Source: Epithemia pelagica
Lineage: Eukaryota > Protista > Bacillariophyta
Direction: 5' to 3'
Assembly: GCA_946965045.2 (NCBI GenBank)
Contig: OX337235.1
Location: 3,286,001-3,350,000 of the forward strand
DNA length: 64,000 nt
Every line of letters begins with the position of its first letter. Within the stretch, counting starts at the first letter, position 1. The notes beneath the pieces were generated by a model, which was not told the DNA's origin, did no database searches, and was given only the letters and a program-made list of their open reading frames with translations. Position numbers and translations under genes: made by a program. Positions 12,749 to 21,400 of this stretch are shown here, one piece after another.

Positions 12749-12762
12749 GATTAACAGTCTCA
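12749..12762 (+). promoter_or_regulatory. Putative primer-binding site complementary to a tRNA-Asn(GUU) anticodon arm (half-tRNA type)
   Basis: GATTAACAGTCTCA directly abuts the LTR; its reverse complement TGAGA-CTGTTAA-TC reads as anticodon stem, GTT loop and positions 39-40. Confidence 0.6.
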
Positions 12763-12820
12763 AAGCTTATTTCCTTGTGGTTTCATGGATACTAACGAGA
12801 TTATCACTCCTGTATGACAG

Positions 12821-13564
12821 ATCTATCGAGCCAACCTGCATCCCGGGCAGCCCGATACCCTGGTGCAGCAGGAACTGGTGCCGACGCCGAAGGCAGCCAA
12901 CACATCGGTCAACATCTCCGTCGACAGTTCCAACAGCAACCCATTCGAGACTCCAACCCAGCCTCACGCTCCGATCCCTGCGCCGTTGCTTCGGCCCCCG
13001 AGTCCGCCTCGTCGGCTCGTCCCTTCTCGATCCCGTCGTACCACCCGGTTGATTGCTGATCATATCAAGTACTTCCGCCAACCAACTTGTTCGACCTTCG
13101 ATCCCGAGATCATCCGTGGGGAGACCCAGATCGAACGCCAGTTCCAATCGGTGACCCACATCGTCGACCAAGAAGACATTGACCGTCTGAACGACCAACT
13201 TCACCGCTCTCCGAGGCGTCGCCTCATCTTTGCCGCCCTCTCGGGCAACCCCATCCGTACTGTCCACCTCCGCTTCCTAACCTTCGAGCGCCCAACTGGA
13301 TACTACAATACCATCTACGTCGTGAACGCGACGACTTGCCCTCTGCCTCCTAACGTTGTACGCCTAGATAACTACGTTGCCTACATCCACGAGGTCCATA
13401 CCATCGAGGACCATCGTGCAACTATCTACCCTTTGCGTACCGAGGTCGAGAACCACCTGGCTGAAGGTGATACCCCTTCTTCTGTTGCTTGTGCTGCCCC
13501 ATCTGAGCCTGGAAGCGACTCTGATCATTCGGAAGAGGGTGAGGATTCAGAGACCGAAGCTTAA
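12821..13564 (+). CDS. Accessory ORF inside the retrotransposon, unknown function (ATG-less, probably a spliced 3' exon; 247 codons plus stop)
   Basis: Frame open from 12818 to TAA 13562-13564 with no Met. Marked C-ending codon bias (ATC, TTC, AAC, TAC, CAC, GAC). Preceded by TACTAAC (12790-12796) and CAG (12818-12820). Confidence 0.7.
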   Translation: MYRANLHPGQPDTLVQQELVPTPKAANTSVNISVDSSNSNPFETPTQPHAPIPAPLLRPPSPPRRLVPSRSRRTTRLIADHIKYFRQPTCSTFDPEIIRGETQIERQFQSVTHIVDQEDIDRLNDQLHRSPRRRLIFAALSGNPIRTVHLRFLTFERPTGYYNTIYVVNATTCPLPPNVVRLDNYVAYIHEVHTIEDHRATIYPLRTEVENHLAEGDTPSSVACAAPSEPGSDSDHSEEGEDSETEA

Positions 13565-13884
13565 TTACTCATAGTTAACTCCCGTCCTCTCAAAACCTTT
13601 CCAAGACTTAAACTCAACGCACATCCGGGTACCCTTGGTCGCACAACACGCCACACATTCCCGTCAAATCGCGAAAATTCGGCGAAAATTTGTTGAAACT
13701 CGGCGAAAATTTGTCGAAATCAACGGAAATTTCCAGGAGTCGCACATCACAACACACATCCGGGTATTACATACGTGGTACATACGTGGCACACGTGGTA
13801 CATCCGGGTTCACATCACATCACACATTAAATAAACCACATCACACCGCACATTAAATAAACATCGAACCAACCAAATAACACC

Positions 13885-16800
13885 ATGGATCCTCAATCAC
13901 CCAAGACACCTACGACTCCTAAGGGAGAAGATAACCAAGACAATGTCTCGGACACAGACCTATTCGACCACATCATATTTACTGTCTGCCAATTCTTTAC
14001 CAAAGAAAGGGCTGACTACTTAATGAAATGGATGAAATACCATGGTTTTGAGAACATTACCCATGTTATCTCGTATATGCAAACTAATACCGAGGAATCC
14101 ATGAAGGAACTGACACAATACAAGGTCAACAAACAGACACATGATCTACAAGGCCCCACAAGACAGCAGATCAAGCTCTTGGCTTATTGGGCCACATACA
14201 AGACCAATGAAATTCAAGACGAGCTATCCAATAGCGACTGGATGAACCTAACGAGGAAAGAATTCAACACTTGGAGGATCAACACAGATTTCTCTAAGGG
14301 ACCACCTAGCCAAGTCCCAGTCTCGCCAATGAAGTCACCGTCATCTGTGAAATCTGTCAGCACAGTTACTGCCGCATCCCAATCTCAACAAGACCTTACA
14401 GCATTCAGAAAGGGAACTAAGCGCGACGCAACTGCATATGAGGTATTCAAGGATGAACGATACTACGATTCATTCTGGCGTGTATTCAAGACTACAGCTA
14501 AGGCTCAAGGCCTATCCAACGTTCTGAATTTCAAATACACACCACCCCATGATGATGAGTATGCCGAAGAACTTTTTCAAGAGCAACAAGTATTTCTTTA
14601 CTCCGTTCTTGTCCGTATCATTCAGACTGACCAAGGTCGAGCCTATGTACGTGAACATGAACATGATGAAGATGCGCGTGCCGTATTGCAGAAGTTACAC
14701 TCTTTGCATACCGAATCCGACCTAGCAAAGCGAGAAGTCCTCCGCTTAACCAACTACATTTCCAATCTACGTCTTGACGACACATGGCGCGGAACAACAC
14801 GTCAATTTCTTCTACACTTTCAAGAGCAGCTACGTTTGCTAGACAATTTAGTGACATTGTCTGATCGCATCCCTGATCATACCAGGATGACCTTCCTCAT
14901 GCAAGCTGTAGAAAAGGTACCTGATCTCCGCCGAGTCAAGATCTTGGATAATGTGGTGAACACCAAATCCGGTGCAAAATCCCTTTGCTATCAATCATAC
15001 TTCCGTCTCCTTCTAGACGCAGCTTATGACCATGATCAAGCAACCCAGTCATCTGTTCATAGTCGCCGTCGACATGTCAAACAACATGAATCACTATATG
15101 GCCAAGATACAGATGCTGACATAACCTCACAAGATGATATGGAGTATCATGTCCACAACACCAAAGCGACATCTGAATCTCCATCCTCTTCGTCCAAGGT
15201 TAGTCTACCGCGTGACCTATGGTTCAAACTTTCTGAAGAAGATCGCAAGTTGATCATTGAATATAACAAGATGATTCAAGCACCTTCATCAACAACACCG
15301 AGGACAGTGCAAACACATGCCCTCGACATTGATCCGGAACCTGATCCTGATCCCAATCAAGTTGTATCTGATGACGACTCACCTGGCGTAGTCACTGAGC
15401 ATTCAGATGATTCAGATCCGGTTACACAATTTATCAACCAAGCCATGACGACTGATATCAATCACCCGGCAACTGACCTGACTAGTGTTCTTTCTAACGC
15501 CAAGTCCAAGACGAGCAAGAAGGTTACTTTCAAAGCCAACATGCATAAACAAGCAGGACATGTTCCACGCTATCTGTTTTCCAGGAAATCTACTTTACCA
15601 GGGAATCAATTGATTGACCGTGGTGCTAATGGAGGACTTGCTGGTTCTGACATGCGCATCCTTTCTAAGACTGGCCGCCATATCACTATTGTGGGTATTG
15701 ATAACCATGAACTTACTGGACTTCCTGTCGTCACATGTGCCGCAAAGTTTGAGACCAATGATGGACCTATTGTCGGCATCTTCAATGAATATGCTTATTA
15801 TGGGAAGGGCTTATCTATCCATGCTCCTGGTCAATTCGAGCATTTCGGACTTGCTGTTGATGAACGATCTGTTAAAGTTGATGGTAAACAACGCATCACT
15901 ACACTTGATGGTCGTGCCATACCCCTTCACATCAAGGATGGGTTAGCCTACATCCACTCCTTGGGTATCCCCAGCGACGATGACATGGATACCTTACCTC
16001 AGATCATCTTCACGTCACCCGACACATGGGATCCTGGTGTTCTGGACCATTCGTATTCTCCCACACCCTCTGACAATGATCCTGATTGGAAACACGTCAA
16101 GACTGATGGTAGTATGTCGAACCACCCATATGACAACTATGGGGAGTACACTGATCGTGTTGTTTGTAACCTCAATCTCCTTTTGGATCTCCCATATGAT
16201 CATGGACCTGACGACGCACCCTTCTTTTCTATCTATGCTGACGCAGAAGGTAATGATCCTACACTTCATGCCTCTGTCCACCGTCGTTACCAGGAAGCGT
16301 ATGACTGGAAGAAGTTCCGTCCATTCTTTGGTTGGCAATCTGAAGATGTTATTGCCGATACGTTCAAGCACACTACACGTAATGGTAGCATTACTTTTGA
16401 CCACGACACCCTCAAGAAACATTTCAAGGCTCGCAATCCGGTCCTTAATATACCTCGACGCCATGAACCCGTTGCTACTGACTCGGTTTTCTCCGACACC
16501 CCTGCTGTTGACCATGGCGGTAAAGTCGCACAAATCTTTGTTGGTCGAGATACTCTGGTTACTGATATCTATGGGATCAAGTCAACCAAACAGTTTGTCA
16601 ATACTCTTCAGGACAACATCCGGTTTCGTGGTGCCATGGAGACTCTTATCAGTGATGGTGGTTCATCTCTCATCTCTCAAAAGGTTAAAGACATTCTTCG
16701 CACTTTGCTTATTGGGGAGTATCGATCCGAACCTTATCATCAACACCAGAATAAGGCTGAAAACCGTTACCAGACCGTTAAACGTATGACCAACGCTCTC

Positions 16801-19572
16801 ATGAATGCCACTGGTTGCCCTGCCAACACCTGGCTTCTTTGCCTTGAGTATGTCTGTGACTTATTGAACCATACGTCATCACCCACCCACTCCGGTCGCA
16901 CTCCTCTTGAGGCTCTCTCCGGACGCCCACCCGACATTACTCATCTCTTGTTCTTTCCTTTCTGGGATGAGGTTTACTATCGTGTCGACCCCACTGAACC
17001 CAATTCCGGTTCATATCCATCTTCTTCTGATGAGCAACTTGGCCACTGGGTTGGTTTTGCTCACAACGTTGGTGATTCTTTTACTTGGAAGATTCTCACC
17101 CAGGATAACCAGATCATCTACCGTTCTGCCGTTCGCCGTGTTGAATCCACTACACCTAACCTACGTGTGGATCGACCTTCAGGGGAGGATTCGTCTGACA
17201 AGGATGACAATGATAAGCAAGCTGACACTGTCTTCATTCGCAGTGATAGTGAAGATCCATCCAAACCAATGCCCACGATCGATTTTGACGACATGATAGG
17301 ACGCACATTCCTATGCGACACAGAAGAAAATGGGGAGCGACACCGTGCACGTGTCATCAAACGAGTCATTGATCTTAATGAAGAAGCAACGAAACAGGAA
17401 GAACGTGTCAAGTATATCTACCGAAAGACAAATTCTGATGTTGATGAGATGATATCCTATAATCAACTCATGGAGTATATCGAACGAGATAACCAAGCTC
17501 AAACCTCTGGAGATAATCTTTTCAGGTTCAGGGACGTCATTGCCCATCAAGGCCCACTGAACACAACTGATCCAGATTACAAGGGGAGCAAATATAATTT
17601 GCTTGTTGATTGGGAAACTGGGGAGACTACCTATGAACCTTTATCACTCATCGCCAATGATGATCCGATCACTGTAGCAATTTATGGAAAGAAACATGAT
17701 TTACTCAACGAACCTGGATGGAAGCATTTGAAACGTTATGTCAAAACAAGCAAACGTCTCATTCGAGCAGCCAAACAGTCAAGGATTAAACAAGTTCACC
17801 ATTCCGTCAAGTATAAGTTTGGATTCCAAGTACCACGCAATTATGAGGAAGCTGTCACTCTTGATAAACAACATGGCAACACAAAGTGGCAAGATGCAAC
17901 AGAATTAGAATTGTCACAGATCCAGTCCTACAAGACATTCAAGGATTTTGGGAAAGCCATCTTCATTAAAGGGAAAGTATCCAATGCACCTGAAGGATAT
18001 CATAAGATACGTGTACATCTTGTCTTTGACGTAAAACATGATGGACGACATAAAGCAAGACTTGTCGCAGATGGACATCTCACGAAAGAACCTGTTGAGA
18101 CAATCTATTCAGGTGTTGTTTCCATTCGCAACCTCCGCATTGCCTTATTCCTGGGTACTTTGAATGACTTGGAAATATGGGGAGCAGATATTGGAAACGC
18201 ATATCTGGAAGCCTTGACAGGGGAGAAACTTTTCATTGTCGCAGGACCTGAATTCAAGGAATTAGAAGGTCACATCCTGATTATATACAAGGCACTTTAT
18301 GGATTGAAGTCATCAGGCGCACGCTGGCATGATGTCTTATTCGATGTTTTGACAGACATGGGATTTTCACCAAGCAAAGCAGATCCGGATATCTGGATGA
18401 GGAAGGCACCTGGAGAAGACTGTTACGAATACATTGCCGTATACGTTGATGACTTAGCCATTATTTCTACTGATCCTGGGAATATCTGCAAGATCCTGAA
18501 GGAGAAATACAACTTCAAACTCAAAGGAGATGGACCTATTGATTTCCACTTGGGATGTTGTTACACCAAGGATTCTGATGGAACATTAGTAGCAGATCCA
18601 AGACGCTACATTGGTAAGATGATGGACACTTTCGAACGAATCTTCAAGGAGAAACCCAAGAAAGCCAAAACACCTCTTATTGGTGGAGACCATCCTGAAT
18701 TGGACGATTCTGAGCTCCTTGATGAAGAAGGTACTAACCATTTCCAAACTCTGATTGGACAACTTCAATGGGTGATCACTATTGGTCGTTTCGACGTCTT
18801 CACCGCTACAATGACGCTATCACGCTTTCGTGCTGCTCCGAGGAAAGGACATCTTGATAGAGCCAAGCGTATCTATGGATACCTTGCACATCTCCCAGAA
18901 GGCGCAATCAGATTTAGGATTGGAGAGCCTGATTATTCAAGTCTTCCTACCCAAGAATTTGATTGGACTCGCACTGTCTATTCGAATGCAAGTGAACGTA
19001 TTCCTGAAGACTGCCCAACACCTCTTGGCCGCTATGTTACTACAACTCATTATGTTGATGCCAATCTCATGCATGACATAGTCACTGGTAAATCCGTCAC
19101 TGCTGTTCTACATTTGTTGAACGGAACACCTATTGACTGGTACAGCAAGAGACAGAGCACAGTGGAAACTGCTACCTATGGATCCGAGTTCGTGGCTGCA
19201 AGGACAGCAATAGATCAGATTACAGAATTACGACATTCTCTCCGCTACCTTGGAGTACCTATCCGAGAGCGAAGTTACATGTACGGAGATAACAGATCTG
19301 TTGTGCTCAATGCAACCGTTCCTCATTCCATACTATCCAAGAGACACCATCTTCTGTCATACCACCGAGTTCGTGAAGCCATCGCAGCAAAGTATGTTGC
19401 ATTCTACTGGAAAGATGGAAAGACCAACCCCGCCGATATCCTTAGCAAACATTGGGATTTCGTATCTATCTGGCCCATGCTCAAGCCATTGTTGTTTTGG
19501 AAAGGAGAAGTTCAAGACCTCAACAAATCCAATGATGACAAGGCTGAAACGACGAGTTGTGGGGAGTGTTAG
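13885..19572 (+). CDS. Copia gag-pol polyprotein (1895 aa): gag, aspartic protease, integrase, chromo-like domain, RT, RNase H
   Basis: Protease LIDRGANGG; integrase VATDSVFS...ISDGG...SEPYHQHQNKAE; RT KARLVADGH, YGLKSSG, YVDDL; RNase H YVDAN, ETATYGSEF, GDN, NPADILSK. The stop lies 6 nt inside the 3' LTR. Confidence 0.97.
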   Translation: MDPQSPKTPTTPKGEDNQDNVSDTDLFDHIIFTVCQFFTKERADYLMKWMKYHGFENITHVISYMQTNTEESMKELTQYKVNKQTHDLQGPTRQQIKLLAYWATYKTNEIQDELSNSDWMNLTRKEFNTWRINTDFSKGPPSQVPVSPMKSPSSVKSVSTVTAASQSQQDLTAFRKGTKRDATAYEVFKDERYYDSFWRVFKTTAKAQGLSNVLNFKYTPPHDDEYAEELFQEQQVFLYSVLVRIIQTDQGRAYVREHEHDEDARAVLQKLHSLHTESDLAKREVLRLTNYISNLRLDDTWRGTTRQFLLHFQEQLRLLDNLVTLSDRIPDHTRMTFLMQAVEKVPDLRRVKILDNVVNTKSGAKSLCYQSYFRLLLDAAYDHDQATQSSVHSRRRHVKQHESLYGQDTDADITSQDDMEYHVHNTKATSESPSSSSKVSLPRDLWFKLSEEDRKLIIEYNKMIQAPSSTTPRTVQTHALDIDPEPDPDPNQVVSDDDSPGVVTEHSDDSDPVTQFINQAMTTDINHPATDLTSVLSNAKSKTSKKVTFKANMHKQAGHVPRYLFSRKSTLPGNQLIDRGANGGLAGSDMRILSKTGRHITIVGIDNHELTGLPVVTCAAKFETNDGPIVGIFNEYAYYGKGLSIHAPGQFEHFGLAVDERSVKVDGKQRITTLDGRAIPLHIKDGLAYIHSLGIPSDDDMDTLPQIIFTSPDTWDPGVLDHSYSPTPSDNDPDWKHVKTDGSMSNHPYDNYGEYTDRVVCNLNLLLDLPYDHGPDDAPFFSIYADAEGNDPTLHASVHRRYQEAYDWKKFRPFFGWQSEDVIADTFKHTTRNGSITFDHDTLKKHFKARNPVLNIPRRHEPVATDSVFSDTPAVDHGGKVAQIFVGRDTLVTDIYGIKSTKQFVNTLQDNIRFRGAMETLISDGGSSLISQKVKDILRTLLIGEYRSEPYHQHQNKAENRYQTVKRMTNALMNATGCPANTWLLCLEYVCDLLNHTSSPTHSGRTPLEALSGRPPDITHLLFFPFWDEVYYRVDPTEPNSGSYPSSSDEQLGHWVGFAHNVGDSFTWKILTQDNQIIYRSAVRRVESTTPNLRVDRPSGEDSSDKDDNDKQADTVFIRSDSEDPSKPMPTIDFDDMIGRTFLCDTEENGERHRARVIKRVIDLNEEATKQEERVKYIYRKTNSDVDEMISYNQLMEYIERDNQAQTSGDNLFRFRDVIAHQGPLNTTDPDYKGSKYNLLVDWETGETTYEPLSLIANDDPITVAIYGKKHDLLNEPGWKHLKRYVKTSKRLIRAAKQSRIKQVHHSVKYKFGFQVPRNYEEAVTLDKQHGNTKWQDATELELSQIQSYKTFKDFGKAIFIKGKVSNAPEGYHKIRVHLVFDVKHDGRHKARLVADGHLTKEPVETIYSGVVSIRNLRIALFLGTLNDLEIWGADIGNAYLEALTGEKLFIVAGPEFKELEGHILIIYKALYGLKSSGARWHDVLFDVLTDMGFSPSKADPDIWMRKAPGEDCYEYIAVYVDDLAIISTDPGNICKILKEKYNFKLKGDGPIDFHLGCCYTKDSDGTLVADPRRYIGKMMDTFERIFKEKPKKAKTPLIGGDHPELDDSELLDEEGTNHFQTLIGQLQWVITIGRFDVFTATMTLSRFRAAPRKGHLDRAKRIYGYLAHLPEGAIRFRIGEPDYSSLPTQEFDWTRTVYSNASERIPEDCPTPLGRYVTTTHYVDANLMHDIVTGKSVTAVLHLLNGTPIDWYSKRQSTVETATYGSEFVAARTAIDQITELRHSLRYLGVPIRERSYMYGDNRSVVLNATVPHSILSKRHHLLSYHRVREAIAAKYVAFYWKDGKTNPADILSKHWDFVSIWPMLKPLLFWKGEVQDLNKSNDDKAETTSCGEC
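19556..19566 (+). promoter_or_regulatory. Short polypurine tract
   Basis: GTTGTGGGGAG immediately 5' of the 3' LTR. Confidence 0.7.
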
Positions 19573-20350
19573 AATTCTCACCGTCTATGGTGGTTAGATT
19601 CTACATCTCATCGATTCCCCATGTCACATAGCCTCGTGCTATCGCATCATGCCCTCTAGCTTCGAGCTATGTTTCCTAGCTTCGCGCTATATCGACCTAT
19701 ATTTCTTCGCAAATCATGAAAAGTGAGAATAGATTGACGAACTCACTCTCAAGACTAAATTGGGTCGTGCGGTATTACAACGGACGTAAATTTGGCCGTT
19801 GCTCGGACACTGTACTAACGCCCTAAGCGTACGCGCCCGAAATCATCGAGCGCGCCCAAGCGACATCCGAGCGCTATCGGCATCTATCCGATCCAACGGT
19901 CTAAGTATCCCAAGCACGACACACGATCACGCGAGACCATATTTCCATTCCCACAATCTCCAAATTGTCAACAAGCTGCGCGCCATGAAAACAACTATGC
20001 CAACCCAAAGCAAGAGCTGTTGACCCTGTATATGTTATCCGCCCACATATACATGTCATATACATCACATGAATCAACTCCAACTATTCCAAACCTGTTG
20101 CCGCCAAGAACCTATGATACATGACCCTTGGCAGGACCGAACATTTCACGTAGACCTATCGTAGTAATCAACACACAATCTAACAAATATCACCATTTAT
20201 CACATCCTCTTTTGTGTCCCGACTATCCTTCTGATAGACTTCGACTTGCTTGCTTCTCTGACCCTGAGAAGCTTGTATCGGTTGGTGACCTACCTGATTG
20301 TCTGCTCTACCGAGCATCAATGTCCCTACGATTCAGAAAGAATTGTAACA
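19567..20350 (+). repeat. 3' LTR (784 bp)
   Basis: Copy of 11965-12748, followed by the TSD AAAAG. Confidence 0.97.
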
Positions 20351-20935
20351 AAAAGGAGGTCTATAGTCTGTGGATAAATGCAATGGAAGATTTGGGTATC
20401 ATTTCGACAGAAATAAACAATGGCAAGTAATGAGCTGCTGAGCCAGAGACACAGCAGATGAGCAGACTCTCGTCCCATGAGCAGAGCAAGCAAAAGTGAC
20501 AAGTGTGAGTGAGCATGAGCAATGTAATTGTCATGGCAATCCTCAATGGATCAAGCTCACCTGGAATGTCATTGATACGATGTGCTTTGGCAAGAGAAAA
20601 GGATTGTGTGCTTGTCCGGCATTATGAATTATGAAACAACCAACCGTCATCCACGCAGGGCCGCTTGCTGGCAGTTGGAGAGCTGGCAAAGCCACCCCAT
20701 TTGAGAGCAAGCTCTCCCTAGCACGTGTCCACGAAACGCGACCGAGTTTGGTCTGGCCGCCTCACCAATATGGAGGGGAAATAATGGCGAATCTGCGGGG
20801 TTCTAGTGACCACACGATCGGAATGCTTTTCGATTTTCAAAATATCCCGTGAAAATTTCAAGGAGAGTGCAAGAGCAAAAAGTCTTTGGAGGCTTAACAA
20901 GAAATTTTATCATTGTTCGTAGTTCGTGCGTAATA

Positions 20936-20989
20936 GCTGAAGACTCCGCCTTTCACTCGTTAGTTCGCTGAAGACTCCGCCTTTCACTC
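20936..20989. repeat. 23-bp direct repeat, period 31, ~400 bp upstream of the LPMO gene
   Basis: GCTGAAGACTCCGCCTTTCACTC at 20936 and 20967. Confidence 0.85.
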
Positions 20990-21400
20990 TACTTAACAGC
21001 AGTACACTCTTACGAACTGATACTCCGGTTTCCCCAACGTGCTTGTACTCCAAAAACACACAGAACCTTTTCGAACGTCACAGTCACACTCACACCGCCA
21101 CATTTTCGTTTTCCGCTTCCTTTCGAGTATGGTGTTTTGGTTGATTCCTCAAAATACATGTTGTCCATTGTCCATTACGCAACACATAAAAACCCATATT
21201 CTTGCGTAATGGACTGTCACACTCCTTTTTCGCGGAGTCGTCATGGTAACCTTCAAACGAATCGATAAGTCCGAAACCATCTGAAACTATCAAAACTCTC
21301 ATGCTCCACATGTTCTCACAATTTCGACTTTTGCTCAATTTGCAACCGTCGCACGCACCAAGAACCGTTCACTCGACTCTTCTCTTACGAAAACAGAATC

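Larger units (their letters stand above)
11965..20350 (+). mobile_element. Full-length Ty1/copia LTR retrotransposon, diatom CoDi type (8,386 bp)
   Basis: TG...CA-bounded 784-bp LTRs at both ends, AAAAG target-site duplication (11960-11964 and 20351-20355), intact gag-PR-INT-RT-RH ORF in copia order, purine tract before the 3' LTR. Confidence 0.97.

Noticed and set aside
12197-12795. Short ORFs within the LTRs (repeated at 19799-20430)
   Set aside because: Under 100 aa, non-ATG starts and no motifs; only ATG 12718 is kept as a possible first exon.
12767-13267. 166-aa minus-strand ORF inside the retrotransposon leader
   Set aside because: Antisense shadow of the C-biased plus-strand ORF; no independent motif.
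15616-15624. Protease motif DRG instead of DSG/DTG as a sign of inactivation
   Set aside because: To my knowledge DRGANGG is normal for CoDi-type elements, so it is not a lesion.
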